Part shown: piece after piece, positions 8,668-16,757 of the stretch
Position numbering within the stretch: the stretch's first letter is position 1
Layout: the number at the start of each line of letters is the position of its first letter
IMG/VR virus record: IMGVR_UViG_3300031473_000132
Span: 1-51,974 of that record
Source of the DNA: a virus
Lineage: Duplodnaviria; Caudoviricetes
DNA: 51,974 nucleotides
Direction: 5' to 3' (one strand)
Notes under the pieces: model-generated
Seen by the model: the letters and a program-made list of their open reading frames with translations, nothing else
Database searches by the model: none
What the model was told of the DNA's origin: nothing
Made by a program: the position numbers and the translations under genes

Positions 8668-9095
8668 GCATCACACACAACGATCTCAGTGCATACATCA
8701 TCAAAGCCAGAAAAGCCTCGGGGCTTTCCCAACGAGCATTGGCAGACAAGGTGGGAATGTCCCGAGGTTACCTCTGTGATATCGAAAAGGGGCGTGTATC
8801 ACGACCTTCGCACGACATCATTCTTCGTATCGCAACGGAGGCCGGATGTGATGCCAAAGAGTTGGCACTGATTGCAATAGGGTTCAGTGCGGACAAGCCG
8901 GGCGAATGTACTCACGAGCACATCTCATGGGCAAATGCACGTACCCACGATCGAATCGCGTGCAAGGTGTGTGGAATCCATATCGCAAACGCGAATCCTC
9001 CCGAGAAGATGAACAGCTATCAGGCGTATCGACAAGCGAGGGGAATCTTTGCTGGTTATGGATCGCGACGTAACGCAAGAAGGGCCACAGCATGA
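8664..9095 (+). CDS. XRE-family HTH protein with C-terminal Cys/His motif
   Basis: ARKASGLSQRALADKVGMSRGYLCDIEKG. Confidence 0.85.
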   Translation: MSITHNDLSAYIIKARKASGLSQRALADKVGMSRGYLCDIEKGRVSRPSHDIILRIATEAGCDAKELALIAIGFSADKPGECTHEHISWANARTHDRIACKVCGIHIANANPPEKMNSYQAYRQARGIFAGYGSRRNARRATA

Positions 9096-9283
9096 CCACC
9101 CCCATCCGCTTCTACACCGACCGCGTGATCACCAAAGAGCGTGGCGGCCTACCTGAAGGCTCTCAGGCGGCCGCTGACGCCATCGAACGGGTCAAACAGC
9201 AGCTCAAGCCGAAGCGGGGCCGCAAACCGCGGGGCATCAGCCTGGTGGACGCACGGACAGGGAAGAAAGAGGTGACGCAATGA
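9092..9283 (+). CDS. Hypothetical phage protein
   Basis: ATGA overlaps on both sides. Confidence 0.6.
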   Translation: MTTPIRFYTDRVITKERGGLPEGSQAAADAIERVKQQLKPKRGRKPRGISLVDARTGKKEVTQ

Positions 9284-9531
9284 TCGCGTTCAATTTCGAG
9301 GAAGCAATCGGTTGGCAGGTGCTGCGAGCGGCGCAAGAGGCGGTCACGAACGCCCCCAAGGCGACCATGAATGAAACCGTGTTCATCGAAGTCAAGATTC
9401 ACGCGTACACCGATTCGTGGCCCGGCACGACTGAATCGGGTCGGTCCAAGTCGCGTCTGATCGGACACGCGTCGTGCGCGTATGTGCCAAGGAACGATCG
9501 GCCACGCATCGAGGAGGACGCAGCGTCATGA
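9280..9531 (+). CDS. Hypothetical phage protein
   Basis: GAGG RBS; ATGA overlaps. Confidence 0.6.
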   Translation: MIAFNFEEAIGWQVLRAAQEAVTNAPKATMNETVFIEVKIHAYTDSWPGTTESGRSKSRLIGHASCAYVPRNDRPRIEEDAAS

Positions 9532-9641
9532 TCCGCATCGCACTGGAAGTCCTCGGCCTGCTGATCTGCGGGGCGGTTGCCGGGTACGGCATCTTGTGGG
9601 GAATGGCGGTTGTCGGTTCGTATCTGATCGGAGGTTCTTGA
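9528..9641 (+). CDS. Small hydrophobic membrane peptide (37 aa)
   Basis: MIRIALEVLGLLICGAVAGYGILWGMAVVGSYLIGGS; overlaps neighbours on both sides. Confidence 0.55.
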   Translation: MIRIALEVLGLLICGAVAGYGILWGMAVVGSYLIGGS

Positions 9642-10750
9642 TGAATGAACACACGAATACGCCTGACTACGCCGAAATATCCGCGAAGATCGACGACCGC
9701 TGGGTCTCGTACGGGGATTGGGATGCGAACCCTGCCGGAGTCGAAGCGAAAGTCAGGCACGAGCTTGACCCGATCATTGCAGATATTCAACGGAGCCTGA
9801 TTGAGCGGATGATTGCGGATGTGTCTGTACAACGTGGACGATGGAACGGATGTAATCCCGGAGCCTACGCCTCCCATGATGGGACGTTCGATGATGCAAC
9901 TTGGGTCCTGGACGAACATGATATCGCTGATGCGATCCGAACCTACCTGCCCACCGAAGACGAGGACGATGATGAAGACACCCCGCCCGCCGTCGCGCCC
10001 GTGGGGGAGGACGTGAAGACCGTGCGTGACACGTTGCTTCGTGCGGTCAAGCGGTATACCGGCATCTACTGCACGAACGATGAGGGCTTTGGCGATGAAC
10101 TGATGTCGATTGCTCGGCAAGCCACCCCGCCCGCCGTCGCGAGAAATTATGGGCATATCGACTACTATGGTCCGCTGTGTGGACCGATCACCGCTGCTTC
10201 CGACATAGCCCCGCCCGCCGTCGCGGATGCCGGGGAGACGGGGGAAAAGACGATGTCTCGGTACAGCCGCGAAGATTACTCCGAACGGGAGATCGAAGAG
10301 ATGGAACGCGAGGATGCCGGGGAGACGGGGGAGGATGACCTGTTCGACTTCACGATCACCGGGACGCTTGAGGATGATCACAAGGAGATGCAGTCGGACA
10401 ATTCATTCAAGGGAGTTCTCTATCGTCTTGCGTACATGGAGGCACGAGACGATATCAATCGTGAAGAAGTGGCGGCGTTGCGGCGGGACGTGGAGGGTAT
10501 AGACAAATTACTTGGGTACTTCGTACATCCGCTCATCGGAGATTTCAGTGACATCCGCGAAAGAATCGAATCCCTCGAATCCCGCGAGCGCCCGAATGCG
10601 GGCACGATCAAGGTGACGGAGAAGATGCTGGGTGCATTCTTCGACAAGCTGACAACAGACGCGAAGAAGGGCCTGCACTGGACCGATGCGAAGTTTGCCA
10701 TCGAGGCCGCACTCGCGGCCAGAGAGATTGAAGGACGAAAAACCCTATGA
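9641..10750 (+). CDS. Acidic mosaic hypothetical protein with internal direct repeats
   Basis: GGAGG RBS; PPAVA x3 and DAGETGE x2. Confidence 0.7.
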   Translation: MNEHTNTPDYAEISAKIDDRWVSYGDWDANPAGVEAKVRHELDPIIADIQRSLIERMIADVSVQRGRWNGCNPGAYASHDGTFDDATWVLDEHDIADAIRTYLPTEDEDDDEDTPPAVAPVGEDVKTVRDTLLRAVKRYTGIYCTNDEGFGDELMSIARQATPPAVARNYGHIDYYGPLCGPITAASDIAPPAVADAGETGEKTMSRYSREDYSEREIEEMEREDAGETGEDDLFDFTITGTLEDDHKEMQSDNSFKGVLYRLAYMEARDDINREEVAALRRDVEGIDKLLGYFVHPLIGDFSDIRERIESLESRERPNAGTIKVTEKMLGAFFDKLTTDAKKGLHWTDAKFAIEAALAAREIEGRKTL

Positions 10751-10763
10751 ATCCAACGATTTA

Positions 10764-10845
10764 TGATATAATCAAAGTAACGAAATACGAGTGCTCCGGC
10801 GTGGTTGGACCCACCCGGAGCGCGTCACTGGAAGGTCTAATTCCA
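10764..10845 (+). promoter_or_regulatory. Nuclease-cassette leader copy A
   Basis: TGATATAAT..GCTCCGG-C-GTGG-TTGGAC-CCAC-CCGGAGC-GCGTCAC-TGGAAggtctaaTTCCA-ATG. Confidence 0.75.
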
Positions 10846-11499
10846 ATGAATCCTCAGGATACCTCATCCGACATCCCCTACGGGTATTGCCACTGCGGTT
10901 GCGGCCAGAAAACCTCGATCGCCCAAAACTCTGCACCACATCGAGGGTATCTTCGGGGCGAGCCATCCAAGTACATTGCAAATCACTTTCACGCGCCTAA
11001 TCGCCCAGCTACCGAACCTGAAGCACGATTCTGGAAGTTAGTTGACCGACGTGGTCCTAACCAGTGCTGGGAATTCAAGGGTTCAAAAGGCAGGAACGGG
11101 TATGGGCAGGTCTGGTCGTACGGAAAGATAATCCGAACACATCGATTTTCTTGGACCATCCACCACGGCCCGATTCCGGATGGAATGTTCGTCTGTCATC
11201 GTTGTGACAACCCGTCTTGTGTCAATCCGGATCACCTATTTCTAGGGACACATCTTGAGAACATGGCCGACATGACCCGGAAGGGTCGTGGGAGAAATTC
11301 AGGAGAAGGTCGTCCCGGAGAAAACAATCCGTGCCATATCCTCACCGAAGTAGACGTTCTTGCTATTCGTAATGACCCTGAATTGAGCAAGCTCTCACAA
11401 GTTGAGGTTGGCCTACGGTTCGGCGTCTCCCGCCAAACGGTTTCCGACATTCGGAGCGGGAAGCGGTGGCGATATCTGCTTGAAGAGGCCGGACGATGA
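10846..11499 (+). CDS. HNH endonuclease (CxCGCG N-terminus, HNH_3-type core, C-terminal HTH)
   Basis: YCHCGCG, RFWKLV..CWEF, HRFSW..VCHRCDNPSCVNPDHLFLGT..N; in-frame upstream ATG at 10747. Confidence 0.92.
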   Translation: MNPQDTSSDIPYGYCHCGCGQKTSIAQNSAPHRGYLRGEPSKYIANHFHAPNRPATEPEARFWKLVDRRGPNQCWEFKGSKGRNGYGQVWSYGKIIRTHRFSWTIHHGPIPDGMFVCHRCDNPSCVNPDHLFLGTHLENMADMTRKGRGRNSGEGRPGENNPCHILTEVDVLAIRNDPELSKLSQVEVGLRFGVSRQTVSDIRSGKRWRYLLEEAGR

Positions 11500-11642
11500 G
11501 CGAAGGGATCATCATGTTTGCCGCAGTCGTCACCCTCCTTTTGCTCATCGTCCTGTTTACAAACATGTTCAATGAAATTGCCGACCTGCGACATCGGGTC
11601 AATGACCTGGAGTCGAGCGCAAGAAGGGACGGTGGCACATGA
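11496..11642 (+). CDS. Small single-pass membrane protein (48 aa)
   Basis: MSEGIIMFAAVVTLLLLIVLF...; ATGA overlaps at both ends. Confidence 0.55.
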   Translation: MSEGIIMFAAVVTLLLLIVLFTNMFNEIADLRHRVNDLESSARRDGGT

Positions 11643-11905
11643 GCACCCGCATCGTCCGCGACAAGGCCGTTTACAACGGCGCTCCCATCATCGCTGGAAC
11701 GAGATGGCCCACGTCCAACGCTCGCAACTTCGGCTACGACGTGGATGCGATCGCATCCGCGTATCCGCATGTGAGCATCAGTCAGATCGAGGCGGCTATT
11801 TCATTCGAACGCAGTTGGCATCGCCGCCTGGAACACGCATGGTGGGCGCTGCGGCACCGGCTGGGCGCGTGGATCGCGGGATGGGATGGGCCGGGGGATG
11901 AATGA
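11639..11905 (+). CDS. DUF433-family protein
   Basis: RIVRDKAVYNGAPIIAGTR..IASAYPHVSISQIEAAISF. Confidence 0.8.
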   Translation: MSTRIVRDKAVYNGAPIIAGTRWPTSNARNFGYDVDAIASAYPHVSISQIEAAISFERSWHRRLEHAWWALRHRLGAWIAGWDGPGDE

Positions 11906-12305
11906 GCCGTTGATCGTCAACATTCCCGGCACGGTCACGCTGATGCATTCACCGAACGGCCGGGCGCATTGGCGCACGAAACACAAGCTGACCGCAGAAC
12001 TCCGGTACACGGCGCGTATGGCCACGATCGAAGCGGTTGGCGGCGATCCCAACGTGTGTTATCCGTTTCCGTCCTATCCGATCCGACTCGACTACACCGT
12101 GGGGTGGGAGTCCAGGCGGCGTCATTTTTGGGATGACGACAACTTTATTGGCGCCGCAAAATTGATCAGAGACGCCATCGCGTCCGTGCTCGGAATCGAT
12201 GATAGGCATTTCATCACTGGCAGCGTGACGCAGGAATACGACCCGGCCAAGCGCGGATACATCCTGGTCAGGATCGCCAGCGTCGCGGAGGAGGCAGCAG
12301 CATGA
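11898..12305 (+). CDS. RusA-like Holliday junction resolvase
   Basis: SPNGRAHW..DDDNFIGAAKLIRDAIA..IDDRHF acidic motif. Confidence 0.7.
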   Translation: MNEPLIVNIPGTVTLMHSPNGRAHWRTKHKLTAELRYTARMATIEAVGGDPNVCYPFPSYPIRLDYTVGWESRRRHFWDDDNFIGAAKLIRDAIASVLGIDDRHFITGSVTQEYDPAKRGYILVRIASVAEEAAA

Positions 12306-12727
12306 AGGCCATCAGCATCATCCAGCCATGGGCGTCTTTAATCGGCCTTGGTGAGAAACGGATCGAAACTCGCTCCTGGTCGACACACTACCGCGGACCT
12401 ATCGCGATCCACGCCTCGAAGGCAATACCCCGCGAGGTCCTGGAACTGGTCCATTCCACGCCTCACCTACGCCGAGCCCTCATACATTGTGGCGTCCACG
12501 CACTGGCGGACCTCCCGAGAGGGGGAATTGTCGCGACCGCGACGCTCGTCGACTGTGTTCGCATCGACAATCATTTCGACTTTACCGGATATCCCGAATA
12601 CGAGCGATCGCTTGGGTTTTACGCTGAAGGGCGGTTCGGCTGGATTATGGAGAACATTGCGGCGTTGCCTGACCTTGTTCCGGCCAAAGGCAATCTCGGT
12701 ATCTGGGAGTGGGAAGACGCAGCATGA
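12302..12727 (+). CDS. ASCH domain protein
   Basis: MKAISIIQPWASLI..GEKRIETRSW..YRGPIAIHAS..KGNLGIW. Confidence 0.92.
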   Translation: MKAISIIQPWASLIGLGEKRIETRSWSTHYRGPIAIHASKAIPREVLELVHSTPHLRRALIHCGVHALADLPRGGIVATATLVDCVRIDNHFDFTGYPEYERSLGFYAEGRFGWIMENIAALPDLVPAKGNLGIWEWEDAA

Positions 12728-13119
12728 TCGATCCCATTACTTTGGGCAAATACCACGACGAGCGGTGGGCAAAGGTATGGCGTTACATACGTCAATGGTG
12801 CTCTGGGTGGGAGTATCAGATCGCGCTTGCGCTCCTTGGATATACGCCACACATTGTCGATCGTTGGGCTGATGGCATTGCGCCACAACCAGACGATTTG
12901 AGTCTTGAGCAGTCTGCACGAATCAACAAGCTTGTGGAGGTTATCAACGCAAAGATGACGCGCAAGTATTGGGTGACGGGCAGCGGCCTGCGGTACGAAT
13001 GGCGAGAGGACAACAAGATAGTGGAAGTGCCGTGGACGACAGGTGACGATCACCCGGGGGACGTCGCACCGATAGCAGATCTCGAGGTATTTCGCCGAAA
13101 ACAGGTGGTGACACCATGA
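12724..13119 (+). CDS. Hypothetical phage protein
   Basis: ATGA overlap with ASCH gene. Confidence 0.6.
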   Translation: MIDPITLGKYHDERWAKVWRYIRQWCSGWEYQIALALLGYTPHIVDRWADGIAPQPDDLSLEQSARINKLVEVINAKMTRKYWVTGSGLRYEWREDNKIVEVPWTTGDDHPGDVAPIADLEVFRRKQVVTP

Positions 13120-13407
13120 CCACCATCGCAACCCGCCGCACTGCATGGCCAGCGTCCGGTGGGCGTGCGCGAAGCTGGCCGGGAGATGCGTAAAGCAGCC
13201 CTCCCAGACGACACTCCGGCCCTGATCGTGCGATGATGCCGACGTTGGCGGGCGGTTGTTGCCACTCCTCCCGCCGACGCCCGTCCGGGGCGGTTGGTGG
13301 ACGATAGCAGCCGCCCCGGACACCCTCACCCCCACTGGCCGTCTGCGCCGCAGAGAAAAGCAAGATAGAAGAAGTCAAAACACCAGGAGATTCGTGCTCC
13401 AAACCCC

Positions 13408-13437
13408 TTGACGTTGTTATATAACATGTTGTAATAT
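13408..13437 (+). promoter_or_regulatory. Sigma70-like promoter with palindromic operator in the spacer
   Basis: TTGACG-N18-TAATAT; TGTTATATAACA palindrome at 13415-13426. Confidence 0.7.
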
Positions 13438-13489
13438 ATACAGAGAGATGAGGGGAATGCCCTTACACAACAGCACAAAGGGAAGCGCA

Positions 13490-13807
13490 ATGATTCGATA
13501 CCACGAAGCCACTGATGCGAATCGTGTCGCCGAGCTGGTGGCAAGCATGGAAGTCAACGGCTGGCAAGGGTCGCCCTTGGTCACACTCGGTGATGGCGAG
13601 TTGTTGACCGGCGCGCACCGGCATACCGCCTACGTCCAAGTTTTTGATACGGATTACGGCATTCCAACCATCTCGCTCGACGACGTGTTCACCGAGGCGG
13701 GGCTTGATCTCGCGGGCGTCATGGAGGAGGAGCGGTGTGAGTTGATCTATGTGCTCGATCACCTCCCGGCCGATGTCCGCCAGGAGTACGGCATTGATAT
13801 CCACTAA
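13490..13807 (+). CDS. Stand-alone ParB/Srx-like domain protein
   Basis: VAELVASMEVNGWQGSPLV..LLTGAHRHTAY. Confidence 0.7.
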   Translation: MIRYHEATDANRVAELVASMEVNGWQGSPLVTLGDGELLTGAHRHTAYVQVFDTDYGIPTISLDDVFTEAGLDLAGVMEEERCELIYVLDHLPADVRQEYGIDIH

Positions 13808-14210
13808 GAGAACATGGACGTCTAGCCAGATCGTTGCCCTGCGGGACCGGCACGGCTGGTCTCAGCGGGAGATGGCCGAACACTTGACCGCTCACGATTC
13901 CAACCTGCGGACCGTCACGACCACAGTGAGCGGGTGGGAGCGAGGACATCGCTCGCCCGGAGCCCATGCCAGTTCCGCGCTGACGGCCGTCGCCTTGCAC
14001 GCGGGCTATCCCGTCACCGTGACCATGCACGACGGTCGGACCCGGTCCGGCACGCTCACGACGGAGTCCTCTGCCAGTTCCTACGGCTTGCCAGTCGTGG
14101 TGATTGGCGGCATGGCATACGGCTCCGGCGACATCAGTGACGTTGATGCCGGTGATGTGCCGGGTGGCATCCGCGACGCTGCCACCCGTGCGGGATACAT
14201 GATGCGATGA
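13794..14210 (+). CDS. XRE-like HTH protein
   Basis: IVALRDRHGWSQREMAEHL..TVSGWERGHRSP; AGGAG before TTG13794. Confidence 0.7.
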   Translation: MISTKRTWTSSQIVALRDRHGWSQREMAEHLTAHDSNLRTVTTTVSGWERGHRSPGAHASSALTAVALHAGYPVTVTMHDGRTRSGTLTTESSASSYGLPVVVIGGMAYGSGDISDVDAGDVPGGIRDAATRAGYMMR

Positions 14211-14217
14211 ATTCATC

Positions 14218-14769
14218 ATGACGCGCGCCTATGCCAAACGATCGGCGTGCATCGATTGCGGGCAGCCAACGGGACGACCGAACACGCGGTGCGCGGCATG
14301 TGCCAGGATCGCCAGGTCTGCCCGGAACAAGGAATATCAGCAGCGCTACCACGTCGAGCATCGACCCAGCCCGCAACCGAGACCGCAGCGAGACCCCGCC
14401 TTGCCACCGTACGGCGAGATCGTCACCGACGATGAGCGCATCCAGTGCCACGTTTGTGGAACGTTCTACGGATCGCTCGTGACGCATATCCGGACGCATG
14501 GTCTCGACGCCGATCGCTACAAGGAGCGGTTCGACCTTCCCCGGACGTGCTCGCTGCTGGGACCGGCGGCGGCGGCGAAACAGCGCGCGGCGGCCATCGC
14601 GCGCAACCAGGGCGAGATCGGACGAGCGAATATCCCTCGCGGTTCAAGCCGCCCGAGGGGGTTGCCGATGCGGCTGGGATCGCGCATCAATGCGCGCGAT
14701 GGGCAGCGAGCCCCTGCTGCGAAAAAAGCCACCACCGGCCGCCGGGAACCCGATGCGCCTCTTGACTGA
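14218..14769 (+). CDS. Ros/MucR-like Zn-finger protein
   Basis: IQCHVCGTFYGSLVTHIRTHGLDADRYKERFDLP plus N-terminal CxxC pairs. Confidence 0.75.
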   Translation: MTRAYAKRSACIDCGQPTGRPNTRCAACARIARSARNKEYQQRYHVEHRPSPQPRPQRDPALPPYGEIVTDDERIQCHVCGTFYGSLVTHIRTHGLDADRYKERFDLPRTCSLLGPAAAAKQRAAAIARNQGEIGRANIPRGSSRPRGLPMRLGSRINARDGQRAPAAKKATTGRREPDAPLD

Positions 14770-14827
14770 CCCATAGATCGAATTGGGACGGCGGTAACAG
14801 GTGCGGCAAGACTGGTTGGTAAAGGTA

Positions 14828-14857
14828 TTGACACATAACACCAGTGTGGTGTATATT
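14828..14857 (+). promoter_or_regulatory. Sigma70-like promoter with inverted repeat in the spacer
   Basis: TTGACA-N18-TATATT; ACACCA-GTG-TGGTGT at 14838-14852. Confidence 0.7.
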
Positions 14858-14914
14858 AATTACATCAGGAACGGGAAGCGATCCCGGCCACAATCACCGA
14901 GGGAGATGACGATA

Positions 14915-15181
14915 ATGAACACCCAGACCACGAGGGACGAGACGGAAGGTGTACTGATCGCCGCCAATGACGCGGTAAACGAAGCCCTCAAAGTGCGCGA
15001 GGCCGCGATCCGCCACCTGCTACAGGTGGTCAAAATCGAGGGAGCCTGGGACCTTCACGCCGAAGCCCGCCAGGCGATGAATGCCACGAAAGCGCCCCTG
15101 CGAGCGGCATCAGAGGCCTACCGTGCCGCAAGTGTCGCGTGGGCCATGTGCCATTACCCCGGCGATGAAGTTCCAGCCTAA
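14915..15181 (+). CDS. Hypothetical phage protein
   Basis: GGGAG RBS; first gene after promoter. Confidence 0.6.
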   Translation: MNTQTTRDETEGVLIAANDAVNEALKVREAAIRHLLQVVKIEGAWDLHAEARQAMNATKAPLRAASEAYRAASVAWAMCHYPGDEVPA

Positions 15182-15237
15182 TCGTTCATCAGGGGAGCCA
15201 CGATCCGCTCCCCACGTTCAACCCGGAAAGGACCATC

Positions 15238-15534
15238 ATGACCACTACAACGATCAGCCGGAAGTCGCGGAATCTCGCCTACACATGGATGCACGTCACC
15301 GACCATCCGTATACCGGGACATCACATGGCGATCCATTCCCGGAGACCACCGACAAGCGCATGTCGTATTCGCAGATGATCGACGAACGCGAACGCGAAC
15401 AACGCGAGACGGCATGGACCACCGGAGCGTTGTACGTTGATGGAAAGCGCGTTCTGACTCCGGTCCGCGACGTGCTCGAAGACCTCTCGTTGCTCGTTCC
15501 TGGCGAAACATGCGCGGTTGAGGTGGCATCATGA
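15238..15534 (+). CDS. Hypothetical phage protein
   Basis: AAAGGA RBS. Confidence 0.65.
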   Translation: MTTTTISRKSRNLAYTWMHVTDHPYTGTSHGDPFPETTDKRMSYSQMIDEREREQRETAWTTGALYVDGKRVLTPVRDVLEDLSLLVPGETCAVEVAS

Positions 15535-16151
15535 CGGGGCTCGACTTCGATCCGGCCCATGTGCCGACGTGGGTATCGGACGAATCGACTGAGAAACTGG
15601 AAGGGCTTCTCGGCCAGGCCTATCGCGAACAGCGTGTCACCACGATCAAGGTGAAAAGCGGAAGGCTGCTCTCCACCGAGATCATGAGCTGGAACAATTC
15701 CACGGTCACATTCCGCATCCTCGACAACGACCAGATCATGACGCGCGGATTCGTCGCTCTCAGCGAGGTCGTGCTCACGCTGAGATCAACGAACACCCTC
15801 GACAAGGCGCGGTTCACCGCCTCAATCGAACGCGAGCGGACATCGATCGGCCAACTGGTCCGGGAAGAGCGGCAACGTTCTGGCCTTACGCAAGCCCAAC
15901 TCGGCAGGGAAACGGGAGTATCGGCGAATTACATCTCGAACATCGAAAACGGGAGCGCGATTCCCACGAACAGCGACACGATTCGCAAGCTCGCCGATGC
16001 GCTCCATGTCTCCGATTACGAGGTGTTTGCCGCCGCCCAGCGCGTTCCGGATGATGTTCTCGAATACCTCTCCGGGAATGCGGAGGCCATCAAGCGCGTT
16101 CGGGAGATGCAGGAGTTCACGGAACGACGCCACGACAAGAAACCGGAATAA
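15531..16151 (+). CDS. Protein with C-terminal XRE HTH domain
   Basis: IGQLVREERQRSGLTQAQLGRETGVSANYISNIENG. Confidence 0.85.
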   Translation: MTGLDFDPAHVPTWVSDESTEKLEGLLGQAYREQRVTTIKVKSGRLLSTEIMSWNNSTVTFRILDNDQIMTRGFVALSEVVLTLRSTNTLDKARFTASIERERTSIGQLVREERQRSGLTQAQLGRETGVSANYISNIENGSAIPTNSDTIRKLADALHVSDYEVFAAAQRVPDDVLEYLSGNAEAIKRVREMQEFTERRHDKKPE

Positions 16152-16321
16152 ATGCAATCAGACAGCTCGACTTGGCCGCGCCTAGACCGACACGCCGGCC
16201 AGCCGCAGCACGGCGTCCGCATCCTCGTGGGTCGGCGACAGTCGACGCACATCGCAGATTGCTTACCTTTTGGACCGCCACATTGAGGACAAACTCTGCT
16301 GAGTGTATTATGGGGACGCAT
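16016..16321 (-). pseudogene. Truncated Zn-finger (nuclease-like) gene
   Basis: CPQCGGPKGKQSAMCVDC N-terminus, no nuclease domain, runs into the convergent XRE gene. Confidence 0.5.
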
Positions 16322-16402
16322 CGAAGTTACTCCTTCGGTGTCATGGCGGGAGGTGCTGATAACACCTTCCGCCGCTTGCGTTTCGTTCTCATAATTATAG
16401 CA
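16322..16402 (-). promoter_or_regulatory. Nuclease-cassette leader copy B
   Basis: TGCTATAAT..GGCGGAAGGTG-TTATCAG-CACCTCCCGCC-ATGACAC-CGAAGgagtaaCTTCG-ATG. Confidence 0.75.
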
Positions 16403-16424
16403 GAATCGTTGATTCTATGGGTAT

Positions 16425-16676
16425 TTATGTGATATTCGGAGCCTTTCCGGTAGTTGCGGCAGTATCGACTGCGCTCTGCACACTGTTCTTGGAATACACG
16501 TAATTCCTGATGACCGGTCCCACGGCAACGATCAGCACCGAGAAGGCGATGACGGTCGCGATGATCGCGTTCTTCTGGTCGGGCGTGACGTTGATGTTGA
16601 ACGCCACGAGCAAGCCGATCACGGCGGCGATGAATCCGGTGACGGCGGTGGTGATGACGGCAGCTTCCTTGTCCAT
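16425..16676 (-). CDS. Holin (two TM helices)
   Basis: Two hydrophobic helices; AAGGAG RBS; directly after endolysin. Confidence 0.75.
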   Translation of the reverse strand: MDKEAAVITTAVTGFIAAVIGLLVAFNINVTPDQKNAIIATVIAFSVLIVAVGPVIRNYVYSKNSVQSAVDTAATTGKAPNIT

Positions 16677-16757
16677 GACGGTGCTCCTTGGGAAACGCTA
16701 TGCAGGGAAACGTTCATTGCACCCTGCGCTATGAACGGAAAGGGCCGGTTGCGTTCG

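Noticed and set aside
13116-13380. Possible small genes after 13119
   Set aside because: Only short or broken frames without convincing RBS; probably a decayed remnant
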